This document shows, piece after piece, positions 52,557 to 64,000 of a stretch of 64,000 nucleotides of DNA. Source of the stretch: Lama glama (Eukaryota); the NCBI GenBank assembly GCA_028534125.1, contig CM052818.1, forward strand, positions 10,914,001 through 10,978,000. Direction: 5' to 3'. Both the position numbers and the translations under genes were made by a program. The notes under the pieces were generated by a model. That model made no database searches and was not told where the DNA came from. It worked only from the letters and a program-made list of their open reading frames with translations. Within the stretch, counting starts at the first letter, position 1, and every line of letters starts with the position of its first letter.

Positions 52557-52735
52557 TCGTTCTCTCAATCCTGCTTGCACATTCGAATCACCTGGCTGGC
52601 TTTTAGTAAATTACCACATCCTCTTGTGCTCTAGACCGTTTGACTCAGAACCTCTGGGGGCATAGCCCAGGAATCAGTATTTTAAAATATCTTTCAGGTG
52701 ATCTGAACAAGCAGCCATGTCTGAGAGTTCGCTAC
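52557..52735. mobile_element. MER5A-type hAT-Charlie MITE
   Basis: ttctctcaatcctgcttgcacattcgaatcacctgg...actcagaacctctggggg...cccaggaatcagtatttt...caggtgatctgaacaagcagccatgtctgaga. Confidence 0.8.
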
Positions 52736-52761
52736 TCTCAGGCCTTTATTTTATCCTTTAT

Positions 52762-52995
52762 AAGGATAAATTAGGAGTTTGGGATTAACAGATATGCATT
52801 ACTATATATAAAATAGATAAACAACAAGGACCTACTGTATAGCACAGGGAACTATCTTCAGTCTCTTGTAATAATATATAATGGAAAAGAATCTGAAAAA
52901 AATATATGTATATCTATGTATAACTGAATCGCTTTGCCGTACACCTGAAACTAATGTTGTAAATCAACTACATTTCCATAAGAAACAGAATTTTT
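52762..52995 (+). mobile_element. 5'-truncated L1 3'UTR (artiodactyl type)
   Basis: ggataaattaggagtttgggattaacagata...ggacctactgtatagcacagggaactat...tacacctgaaactaatgttgtaaatcaactac. Confidence 0.92.
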
Positions 52996-54289
52996 TTAAA
53001 AAGTATTTATAAAAGATAATTCCTGCCCAATATGAGCTTACAAGTTAATTGGGTAAACATACACAGATGAAACAATAAATAACTAGTACAAAGGAACCAG
53101 GAGGTTACAAAGTAAACACTGAATTATATAGCCTACTCTTAGAGCAGCAGAATTTAAAAGATTGTAACTCAATTATAATTCCTAAGTGTGAAAAGTGTTT
53201 GAATATAAAGAACAACCAAATGCCTTCTCCCTAACAGAACAGGAGACGCTTTTAAATTGTAGACAAGATCTTGTCTAGTTTAAGAAAGGGTTTCAACGTT
53301 CAGTTGGACTGAAGGGCATAGGTTGTCTTGAAGACTTTTAACATAGGATATTTTTTAAAATGATTCTACTCAAAGGCAGGGCATTGGACTGAGTGACCCC
53401 TTCACATTCTCTCTCAGCCCAGGAATTTTATGACATGCATTGGAATGCAGACAGCTCATCACCGTGAGGAAAATGAAACAGCCATTGTGTCTTGCTAACC
53501 CAGACGCTTGCCTCCTCCAGCCATCTCTACAAAGTTGCCCTAAGCCATCAAAGCACGTTTCAGTTCTGGTCCCCAACAGCCAAATTCTGAAGAACAATAG
53601 TGCAGTATCTGAGATAAACAACTCACTCTACCCAGTACTCATCATAGCAAAACCATCTGTCTAAGCATTCAACATTATTACAAGTTTGCACCCCTTCGGA
53701 ATAAATAAGTTAGACCAAGGAGGCCAAGTAATCAGTGTCCCACAGATAGTTTTTAAATGTATGATGGGGATCCATACACGTGGGGGGAGTGTATCCAGTC
53801 CAGTGGGAGTGATAAATATACCAAAGGAGGTGTTACTGTGGATAAAAACAGGGAGAGCCCTAGAAATCTTGAACATAAGTGGTGCAAGAGCAGGGCTTCA
53901 CGATGCTCTTCATTTTCACCAGCAGTGCCCCTATGTTGAGGGTGCAATGTCTAATCCATGCCATGTTCCTCTCACTCTCACTGCTGCCTCCTCCCTTATA
54001 AGAGCTGGCCACCTAGTGCCAAATGTGCTAAGAATACCCAGGAAGGGCGGCGATGACTGCTGAAGGAAGACGTGGGAGGCAGAAGATGAGGAATATGTAT
54101 AGGAAATGACTGTAGACATATCTGATCAAAATGTAAAATCTGACATTTATCTGTTTGCAATGCTGCGGAAAGGTGGTCTTGCCAACCACGGATGGGCCAG
54201 GAAGCAGTGGTTTTTCTATTAAGGGTAAAAAAAATGAGGGTAAAATTTTAAGTTGAGGAATTTTTCTGTTGCTAGAAGGCAAATTACTA

Positions 54290-54510
54290 CATGCAGTAGT
54301 ACAAAAGAACAGGGGTAAACAATACAATATGCTGTGAATTGCGAATGCATGTGTGGTAATGTCATGAATATATTAACTTCCTTCATTGTCAAGGCAATTG
54401 ACAGAGGCTGCCTGAAATTCAGAGAGGAGCCGGCTGTCACTCTGCAGCTCAGACACTTGGAGTCACATCTCTCCTAATAACAAAGTCTATTCTGTTTACA
54501 TTTGACATGG
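54290..54510. promoter_or_regulatory. Candidate enhancer (FOX/SOX/TALE motif cluster)
   Basis: GTAAACAA 54315, TGTTTAC 54493, TGACAG 54399 and CTGTCA 54434 in unique sequence; function is inferred. Confidence 0.3.
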
Positions 54511-56869
54511 TGAGCAAGGGGTGGTGGGTTGCTCTTTTACAAGGAAATGAATGAAGGTATGAATGAATGAAGGAGCGTATGAGAAGATGGAGTCTCTCTA
54601 CCCAGGCTATCCTGAAGCCATCAGTCTTCCCTGTTTGGATGAAAACAAATCATCTCTGACAGGAGCACATTTAGATGAATTTTTAAATATTTCTGGCAAT
54701 GGGTTGTATTTATTTATTTTAACTATGTCAACATACTGCACATTTCTGAGTCTGGGTCCCAGTGGTGTTTAATAAAAGAAACCTGCAAAGCACTACGGTG
54801 TCAGAATCCGGGAGGGAGGAGACTATACAAACAAACGGAGAGAGGGAATTTGAGGATGACGCCAGTGAGGCTGGTGACAGGTTAACGTTAGTTCTGGTTG
54901 GGCTGGGGGGGCCTGGCTATCTGGCTGTTTCCCCATCCTAAATGCATAACTGAGGTAGGAAGGTAAATATCCCATTGTGCTTAATAGCAGGATCCAGAGA
55001 AGTGTTCTCAGAGTGAGGGAGGGAAAAAGCGCCGGAGGCAGATTATTAGGTTGGAATTAAAATGCAGACGAGATTCATTAAATTGTTGACCCTCCTCCCC
55101 ACTCCAAAAAAAAAAAAAATCAGGTTGCCATCTTAAATTGACAGCATTAGAGAGGAATTATGTGCGCTGATTAATAAGTGAATGTTTTTACCATTATGAT
55201 CGCAGCACCTGCTAGTTATGTCGACACTGAAGAGGCTCTCAAACTACAGTGTTTCCAATAATAAAGGTACCATCAGCTGAAAGTTGTGCACAAGTGTCAG
55301 TGCAGGGACACATCATCTTCTTTTACAGTTGTGATGTTTAAAAATATTGCCACGATTTCTCCTGCTAGTTTCCTTCGCACCCTCCCCCCAGCTCTTACCT
55401 ATGTATTGTGCTCAAAAGCACATCATTGACTCACATCAGTGAAGCAAAGGAAATTTAGGGTCAAATCAGAAAATGCCAAAGAGAGAGAATTCCAGACCAA
55501 GACTAGCATGCAGCTTACCATTTAGAGCCGCATGATATGAAGTGATTTCAAAACGTGTTATTCTTTCCAGGTTCCAAGAAAAATGGTGATTTTATCCAAT
55601 TTGGGTGTTTGCCAAAGGTGCCATTTCACCAAATGTAGCTACGGTCATAAAAAAGGAAGCTTCAGAGTAGATTAACTGGCTTTGCTGTACTATAATGGTG
55701 CTTTAAATGAGCAATTTGAGACAATTAACCTGAAACAGGCACTTCTGAGTGCTTTATCCCTTTAACAGTTTTGGTTCTTCAAACAAGAACAGAGAAAATG
55801 AAAATTGGCTCCTTCCCATCATAGAATCTTCTGTATAACTTTGTGAATATGCATGTGATCCATAAGGAGCGTGTAATGGGAAATCTAAACTATGTAATTT
55901 GGAGATGTAATACTCCATCAACTAAACAAAATCATTTAAAAAATTAATGGGTATTTATGTGGCTGACTTAAGATAAAAATATTCCCCATCTTTTGGTAAT
56001 ACTTGATAGCTCTTTCCTTGGATACAAAACACACATTTTTCATCTGTGTACCTATTATTTACTGTAAAGTATGGGAGGGAAAAGATCATTTCGAATTATA
56101 TGGAATTATTAAAGTATTAAAATGCTTTCACACACTATCAAGAGATACTGTTCTCTCATTATATTTAAAAATAGCTAGGCAGAGGGGAACAAAAATAAAA
56201 TCAATCTTACTAATCAAAACGAAGGACAAGATTTAAGAGTGCACTTTTAAAAATTGCCTAGTTTCAAACCATACAGGAAGTATTTGTTGAGTTCCTACTA
56301 TGTGCACAAGATAGAGGAAGCTAACATGGAGTAGGTTAATTATAGCTATTATCATGATGAATGCATTGTTCCAGAGAGTTAATCTAGAGATTGTGTACAG
56401 GATGGAGTAGAGTCAAAATGATAAAAGACTCTTACAGTGATTGAAAGGCCCTGACTATATTGTGGGGGTGACCCAAACTAAAGAGAACTGTCTTAGGGAA
56501 AACCAGTATTTAAAAATCATTGCTGGGAGATTTGGAATTCTTAATAGAAACTCCAGGAAGCCTGAGGCATCTTTGTTATATGGAAATAGGAGGAAAGAAA
56601 ATACCAGTTTCTGCCTGGGAATTGACCTTTCCTTAATGACGTGTGATCCTTTCTTCAGTTCCTTGAGGTTTAAGCCCCTACCAGAACCATGGGGAAGTCT
56701 CTCCACTGCACAGCCTGAAAGGGTGGTACTCAAGGAAACAAGCACAATGGCTAGAAAGATGATAGCAAATGGAAGAAAAAAAAAAAAGTCAGGCATTATG
56801 TATTCTGTAAGAAGTAAACCACAGTTATCTAAATTTTGGAGTTGTTCCACATTGCTTAATCTGGCATTT

Positions 56870-57350
56870 AATTCTCAGACCTTATCTTACTTGACAGTTC
56901 TGCAGCATTTGACACAGCTGATCACTTCCTCCTTGGAACTTTTTACCCTTCGCTTCCTAAATATCACTCTCTCCCACCCTGTTGATTGATACTTCTTAGA
57001 CTCTGCTGGATTTTTCTCTCCTCCTCAACCTCTACTTTGGAGTTGAGCTCTCAGCCTTACACATCTCTTCTGTCTTCACGCAGTCCCTAGGTCATCACAT
57101 CCAGTCCCATGGCTGCAAATGCCAAGTTATTCACACCATGATTTGCATTTCTAAGCTTGCTATTTCCCTTGAGCCCTAGATTCATATATCCATCTGTCTA
57201 CTCAGCATCTCCCTTTGAATGTCTAATAAATGTCTCAAAATATGAACATGGCCAAACTGAACTGAACCCAAACTGTTCTTCTGGCCTTTCCATCTTAGTG
57301 AATACCACCATCTACTCTCAGTCTTTCAGGATAAAAACCTCAGAGTTAGT
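56870..57350 (+). mobile_element. L2 ORF2 reverse-transcriptase fragment
   Basis: cttatcttacttgacagttctgcagcatttgacacagctgatcac translates to LILLDSSAAFDTADH, the L2 RT motif (LLDLSAAFDTVDH). Confidence 0.9.
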
Positions 57351-57959
57351 TCCCCCCTGCCCCATGGAGTTCTATTTCTGTTCTGAATTTGGAAAAAGTG
57401 AGGACACAAGATTATTCTTTGCATAAAATAAGAATCCTGAAATATAGCCTCCCAGCAGATTATTTTCTCTCTCTTCCCAGTAATAAGTTGCCCAGCCCAC
57501 ACATGCATTTAACAAATAGCTGTTGGACATGGTTCACGTGGTAGATTCAGACGCAGGTGAATTAGACATAGATCTTGGTTTCATGGAGCTTACAATCACA
57601 TATCTGAAGAAACAGTTGTATGCCCTGCTAATCTACGGCCTGGTGAGACAAGTCGTGAGTTCTCTAACTTAATAAAATCTCTGAAAAGGCAGCATCTCAG
57701 AGATAATCATTGGTATCCACTCCTTATCCCATCAGATTCTAAAGCATATATTCCCTGACGGCCCATCTTCAGATCTCTAATTCACTGGGAGAAAAGAAGA
57801 GACAGAAACAAGGTTAATACTCTAAATATTTGTTGATAAGCAGGGAGAGTCTGGTGGTCAGTTACATTTTTCAGACTGACTTTTGAAGTCAGTGAGGTTG
57901 GTTGGAGTTTTCTCTGTTCTTCTCCTGGGATCCTTATAAAGACGTTTCTTTCTAGTCTT

Positions 57960-58495
57960 TTACATTCACGAAGCATTCACTGAGTGCTTATTTGCATGGG
58001 TGTAGATGCTAGAGATAAAATAGCCATTAAGACAGGGTCTCTATTGTATAGGAGTTTAAAAGTCTAATCAAAAGAGAGAACCAGAGAAATAGATCGTGTA
58101 GTACCAGGGCTCAGATGCATTGAGTGATGATGGAGGACACATGTTGACGGTGTGGACTGTGCCACCTGGTGGGCTTAAAGCAGGTCTGTAAAGAAAATGT
58201 TTGTCCTTCTCCTGGGCGGCAGGAAAGCAGGGGCAAAGGCAAGAAGTTGTGAAGCAGCAGGGCCTGTTCAGGGGACTGCAATTCTCAGCTTGAAAGTTGA
58301 CTGCAAGGAAGGCATTTTCAGATGAGGATTAGATCACAGGGATCGGATGTGCCAAGCTAAAGGACTGGGCCTTTATCCTATACGGATGGGGAAGCCAGTG
58401 ACAGCTTAAACAGAAAAGATAATGTAGTTAGATGGGCACTTCTGCAGCTCGCTGTGACAGCTGTGTAAAGGTGAACTGGACAGGATGAGCAGGAT
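57960..58495 (-). mobile_element. L2 3' region
   Basis: cattcacgaagcattcactgagtgcttat...gccaagctaaaggactgggcctttatcct...atggggaagccagtga. Confidence 0.75.
58156..58174 (-). promoter_or_regulatory. Candidate CTCF binding motif
   Basis: Reverse complement gcccaccaggtggcacagt contains CCACCAGGTGGCA, matching the CTCF core CCASYAGRKGGCR. Confidence 0.4.
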
Positions 58496-58639
58496 GGAAT
58501 TCTTCCTCATGACGCAACTGAGTGCAACCAAACCTGGAGATGGGTGCTTGGTGTTCTCACACACGTAATAGGCCTTAGTCTTTGTCTCTTTGCTTTTGGG
58601 CCTTTATGCATTTTCACATTATTAATTTGCTCATGAGAG

Positions 58640-58830
58640 TTAAAAATCCACAGTCACGTATTTACGATTTTACTTTGATCAAGTTACATAATGTCTGCTT
58701 TGATTTACTCTTCTAGAAAATGAAAATAAAATTTTACCTCTCTTATAAAGTTTTTTGGAGGACTGAGTAACTTTTTACATGTAACAGGGTTAGCCATGGC
58801 ATGCATACAGTGCACAATTAAGTACAGTCA
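58640..58830 (+). mobile_element. MIR fragment
   Basis: actttgatcaagttacataatgtct...tagaaaatgaaaataa...ggaggactgagtaa. Confidence 0.55.
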
Positions 58831-59311
58831 TTGTGGAAATTATTTTTTCTAAACAGTTAGGCTAATAAACAAGCACATTTTCTTTACTCCACCCAGGGCT
58901 GGGGACATGGCTGTCCTCATATTTTTTAAGCTACTTGGTATCTTAGTACTACAGTAGATTGTGGGTCATTTGAAGAAAAAGAAAATAAGACATAATTAGC
59001 ATTGATAAATCCCAGTGTTAACTCTCAGTCCTGAGCTGGAAAGGAAATTACCAACTGAAATTTCTAAATGCTGTTAATAGTCAAGTGCAGTTCTGGACTG
59101 GCCCCATCATACCATTAAATGAAATAATTATGTTCTCCAGTTACGAGTTATGGAGTGACAGTGGACACACCAGACTTAACTGAATGACCCTGGTGTCTTT
59201 GAGGTAGATGCACTCTTACTGGACATTTTCCCTTTGCTTCCCTATTCCAGGGTTTGAAAACTTCATTCTGAGGTCTGCTTTCCACGAATAACAACATGTG
59301 TTGCCCTAATT

Positions 59312-59510
59312 TAAATACTTACTATAGTAGTCGCCATACTGCAGGCTTTATATATATCTACTCTTTTAACTTCGCTACAATCCAGTGTAACAGTTATATA
59401 GTTAGTGCCATTATTACCCCCTTTTTCAGGTAAGGAAACTGAGGCAGAACATGGTTTTGGTTGCCTACTTCTCTGACTTCAAAGCCCTAGGGAGCTGAAT
59501 CACCATGTTA
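59312..59510 (-). mobile_element. MIR SINE
   Basis: attaccccctttttcaggtaaggaaactgaggcaga...tctgacttcaaagccc. Confidence 0.75.
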
Positions 59511-60539
59511 CAGAGCCCTCATTAAAACAGTGCTGGACACATACACTAGCTGCTTAAAAGTCATTCATTATTTCATTCAGAGCTTAGCTGATTGAAGAAT
59601 GATTAACTTTTATTTTAACATGGTGATACTCATTGGCACCTTTAAAAAAAAACCCACTTTGTTAAAAAGATAGTATGCTTTGAAAATACTAGCGTGTAGC
59701 CAAATATCAGAATTAGAGGTATTAGCACGCTAAGTTGAACCACCCCTTAACCTATTGATTACTAAAACAGAAGAAAACAGCACCTTTTCAAGTTTTTTTT
59801 AATCTCTTTTCAGTGTAATTGGATTCCAATTCACATCTGTAGCATTAAACCAGTGTTTTCAACCTTTTTTTCCCCCTCCCAATTGTTTAACCTCCATCTA
59901 CATCTCTGGCATAAATTTAAGCCTTTATTTGTGAATATTCGGATAAGCACTTTGCCTCTAACGGTATTGTTCAGGGCCTGGCATCATTGTTACAGCTGTA
60001 ATTGTAACTATCAAGACACAGTTCTTTGTAATTAGAAAGTCAAGATGATATTCAGCAGTACGGCAGCACAGGCTTACATTTGTTAAGCTATTAGAAAAAA
60101 AATGTTTACAGAGAAAACAGTGTCATTGTTTAGTGCTCTTAATTGACCATCTGCCTGGTAAAGAAATGTCCAAAGAAGGATAAATAAGACTACAGTACAC
60201 TTACTTATTTATTTTCTTTGTGCAGTGAGGAAATTAGGAAAAGCAACAGCAGAGGCAAACTAGAAACGACGTTGCTAAATCAGGCTGCAAGTGAAATCAT
60301 CATGCATCTTTTTTTTTTTTTTTTAATTTCTTTGTGTCAAGACAAAGACCTATGGCCTCCTCAAAGTTTGTTTAAGGAATATGTTTTAGATTGCCCCTGC
60401 AGTTCCCAGATGATACGGTTCCTGCCTCGGTTCTCCCGGGGGTTAGAGACACTCCGCTCTAACCACCAGCCTGCATTGTTCTCCAGTGCACACTTTCTGC
60501 AAATGGATGCCTCTCCTCTGTATTCTACTTAAGCCAATT

Positions 60540-60890
60540 CTATTTCACCCTCCTCTCTTTCTTCAAACAACAGATATCTTACCCATTCCTTCAAGAAGTA
60601 GGTCAAGTCTCTCTCCTCCACCCAAACTCCTATATCTTTTCCTGACCGTATAATAAGACAAAAATCTCTCCCTCCTCTGAACTTCTATAGTGCATATTAT
60701 TTTTCCATTCATTTGGCAATGGAAGGTGACCTGTCTGGTGATGTTCTTCTGTTGTGCTGGAACTGTTATTCAAATTCAGCACTGCCATTTGCATCTTCAT
60801 ATGCTTCTGTTTTGACTCTCCCCTCAGATTGTAAAGTTCTCTTCCTAGGATTACGTCTTATTCTTTGAATTCCCCCCAAAATGCCCATCA
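60540..60890 (+). mobile_element. L2 3' fragment, diverged
   Basis: acccattccttcaag...ctccctcctctgaacttctatagtgc...ccctcagattgtaaagttct. Confidence 0.55.
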
Positions 60891-62014
60891 CTTTTTCCTA
60901 TTTTTTTTTATCATTTCAAAAAACAGAGTAGTAGTTGGGGTCTTGTGAAACATCTATCATTATTTCTTTTGACAAAGCCAACGAAACTCAGGCTGATTTG
61001 ACCCTCAAGATGTGTTTCGCGTCTCCTCCATAAACATACTAAGTACCAGTTATGTGCCTGACTTTGTATTAAGCTGGGGGATGCAGAGAAGATTCACAAG
61101 TGTTTCTCCTCTCAAGAAACTCACTTCTGGGAAATGGTCTCCCTTGGGGTCATGGGTCTCGGAGAGACGGGCACAGGGGAAAACAGGAAATGCATGGAAG
61201 TCAGAAGGTAAACTTCTTGGAATTTGATTCTTAATAACAGAAGTTAATTGTGATAAGGGCTTTTTTGTAGTTACCAAAAACCCCGCTTCGCATTTGATGG
61301 GCCTGTTCCTCTATTGTGTCACATTGGCATGACTCTTAGAGAAAAGGCTACATCAATTGTTCTTGCCAGGAAGGAAAACAGTATGTGGCACTCAGGGCAG
61401 AGCTGGTCCCAGAGTCTGTAATGTGGGTCCTATTCCATGTCCAAACAACAAAGAGCAGCTGGTCTTGAGGAGATTATCTGTTGTGCTGTATGGATGTCCT
61501 TCTGCCCAGGGTCTGAATTGAGTTTCTTCCCAAGACAATGAGTGACCAGCCTTATGCTCCAGGACCTCTCTTCCAGGATCACAGATGGAAGCCCTCCATT
61601 ACAGCCACACACAGATTCACCACAATATGGAAACCCTTCAAGTAGGAAATGGAACAAAACACAAAATATGACCTGACCCAATACCAGGGAGTCTTTTCCT
61701 GTTTCAGACTCTAGTGGATAACTCTGCTTGTTGTATCTTCTCTGTAGTTTTCTGGAGGCAACAGAACCTGCTTGCCTAGCAGATATTCTTAGAGACCCCT
61801 GCAAACATCTTTTGTAATAATTTCTCTGACCCAGTCTGTTTCCAACTCAGTTGTTCTTGGAGCACTTTGTATACTTTGTGCATTTTATAGTATTTCCTGG
61901 GTAATGCTTTCACCACCAATGAGCTGTAATTGCACTGACCACACCTTGAGTGTAAATGACCACATAGATAGGTTTTTATCTTCCTGCTACTCTGTTGTCC
62001 CAAGCTGTTAAAAG

Positions 62015-62235
62015 CCGCAGGGCTTTTGCCTTTGCTATTGTGCCTCTCTAGACTTTTCTTCCCAGATGGCCTTATAGTTCACTTCCTTTATTTATAGAAG
62101 ATTTCTTTTCAAGTTCTGCCTTCTCATTGAACTCTTCCCAATCTCCCAGTATAAAGAACAACCCTTACCCCAAACCTGAGCATATCCTGTATTCCCTACA
62201 CTGCTCAGATTTTTCCACAGCTATTAACATTTAAC
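62015..62235 (+). mobile_element. L2 3' fragment
   Basis: cagggcttttgcctttgctattgtgcctctctagac...tgccttctcattga. Confidence 0.65.
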
Positions 62236-62424
62236 CATAGGGTGCTCACATGTCCCATGAGTTGTCAGGCCCAGTAGCCCTTGCAAATAGCTAGAGAGGC
62301 ATTTTTGCCCTGACATACTTTTATCCGTGGAGATCCAGAGAACCTGAAACCGTGCCAGAAACGAAACCAAATGAGATGCGTACGTTAGCAGTGACCAAAC
62401 TGCTCTGACAACCACACGGATCTT

Positions 62425-62816
62425 TAATATTCCTTTCCAGAAGCCTGGCTAACACCCAATGCTCAGTTCACACCAGGGGGCCTTTGCCTTTGCTGTTCCC
62501 TCAGCCAGGGATGCTCTTCGGATCCCTACTGCATCCAGACACCTGCTCAAATGTCACTTCACTCAACAAACCTTCCCTGACCTAAAAGAAGTCTCTTTTG
62601 TCACTCTTCACCCTGTTTTATTTTTTCCTTCAAAGGCATCATTACCTCGTGAAATAGCATATGTCGATTTGTAAACACCTGTTTCCTCCCTGCTAGAGTG
62701 TCAGATCTCCCAGTAGGACCTGAGTTGCTGTTGCTTACCTCTGATTTCCAGCGCCCAGATTAGTGGTCAGCTTTTTGGAGATGGCCCCAAAATATCTACT
62801 AAACAAATGAATTAAT
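62425..62816 (+). mobile_element. L2 3' end including tail
   Basis: gggcctttgcctttgctgttccctcagccagggatgctc...ctgctcaaatgtcacttc...ctagagtgtcagatctcc...aaatatctactaaacaaatgaatt. Confidence 0.8.
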
Positions 62817-64000
62817 ATGGAGCAAATACTTCAAACGTTCCAATAAGGTGGCCACTCCACCTACCTACTGAAGGCTAGTGGATTCTTAATTATTTTGTCC
62901 AAGATGTGCTTGGCTTCCCAACAGTTCCTGCCTCTCCTTCTCTCCACCTCACTCCATCCCATATGTAAATGAGACTAAATTCCCTTCAGTACCATCAGCA
63001 TTTTCACGGGATGGATTCAGGGAGCTATTCTGACACAAAGCACACACAAGAGTGCCTTATGATGGGGAAAGGCTCTTTCTGTCTTTGCTGGGTGATGGCC
63101 TAAGATCTTTATTAGGTCAGTGCCTCACAGGAACCACAAGCCTCTTAGGGAGGTAATCTGTCCGGCTCATCCTGTCACTCTTCAACTTAGTGCCACTCAG
63201 TAGTGATGCGCTCTAGCTGTCATCTCTATTATCCTTGTGCAATAAAGCTGCCACCTCCTTCCATCTTCAGATCATTTGGAGTCCAGTTTTGCATCTCACC
63301 TGGATATGTTTGTGATTACATCTGAGAACCCATAAAGGACTAAGCATTCAAATAGTTATCAAGCATATCTTGCGTGAGAGAGCAAAGGAGTTAGTGGCAA
63401 ATATTGGTTTTGGTTTTCATGTGATGACAAAATCCAACAAACTTGATATCAAAACAACAATAAAATATTGTTGATATCATTTGGGAAAAGTAGCAAGACT
63501 TATATACTCATATAGTCGAAGCCACATTCACACAATGAAACACTGTCCCTCCCCCAAATCTCTTTTATCTTCCATAGATCTTGTTTTAAAGGTACCTGCC
63601 CATTTATTGTGGATGACAGACTAATAAAATGAAGTCATTTTAATAAACGCTGTATCAGAATATCCCATCTTCTAATGTGGCAATGTGAAATTTCACCACT
63701 GGAGGAAACATTTAACATTCTGACTATTTTAATACTTTTAATAAATATTTGCAATTCCTATGATAAAGCATCACAGTAGAAAATGCATTTCCTCCAAAAT
63801 TTATGTGGCTGCTGGCAGGTGGCCATTTTCTAATTTTCTGTCTCACTTACATACATTTATTACGGATTTCTAACTACCCCTTTTTGCTCTTTGACTGGCT
63901 TTGAGCATTGTTTCCTCTGAGTAGAAATGTGTGCGGTTAAAATTGTGGATGGTAAACAAGAGACTCTTGGTTTTGCAAATTGGAGGGTTGGTCATATCCC

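Noticed and set aside
53370..54440. Cluster of overlapping ORFs on both strands
   Set aside because: No recognisable protein, consistent frame or exon boundaries; expected by chance in slightly more GC-rich unique DNA.
56441..56989. Longest gap-free ORF (182 aa) and its antisense 131-aa ORF
   Set aside because: Non-ATG start, no recognisable domain, contains an A-run, and ends out of frame in an L2 fossil.
63444..63479. Quasi-palindrome tgatatc-aaaac-aacaata-aaa-tattgttgatatca, and similar 8-bp stems at ~1174, ~29722 and ~52751
   Set aside because: Short, mostly AT-rich stems, too small for a pre-miRNA and expected by chance in 64 kb.
1..64000. CRISPR array, prokaryotic operon, endogenous non-retroviral viral gene or processed pseudogene
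   Set aside because: No repeat-spacer periodicity, no long coherent ORFs and no recognisable viral or cellular protein remnants other than LINE ORF fragments; a very decayed remnant cannot be excluded without BLASTX.

Overview
Mammalian genomic DNA, AT-rich and CpG-poor, with no recognisable protein-coding exon, RNA gene, CpG island or CRISPR array. It is most likely from a camelid: a tRNA-Ala-derived vic-1-type SINE lies at 13811-13916, alongside artiodactyl-type L1 3' ends. The window is a mosaic of transposon fossils (L1, HAL1, L2, MIR, CR1/L3, MaLR/ERVL LTRs, hAT and Tigger MITEs) and microsatellites. Between them are repeat-poor stretches that look like non-coding regulatory elements. 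About 11.8 kb (39.7-51.5 kb) is a three-level nest of L1 elements with target-site duplications (TSDs) still visible. A 500-N gap is flanked by an exact 199-bp direct repeat, almost certainly an assembly artefact. L1 and LTR fossils are strongly biased to the minus strand, which suggests but does not prove that the window lies in a long intron of a plus-strand gene. The listed ORFs are chance ORFs, low-complexity or N artefacts, or decayed LINE fragments. I found no convincing novel biological system. The best leads are an ancient CR1/L3 fragment still readable as protein, several enhancer-like blocks, a strong CTCF-type motif and a few candidate splice signals. Repeat family names come from my recall of consensus sequences, not a database search, and repeat boundaries are approximate.
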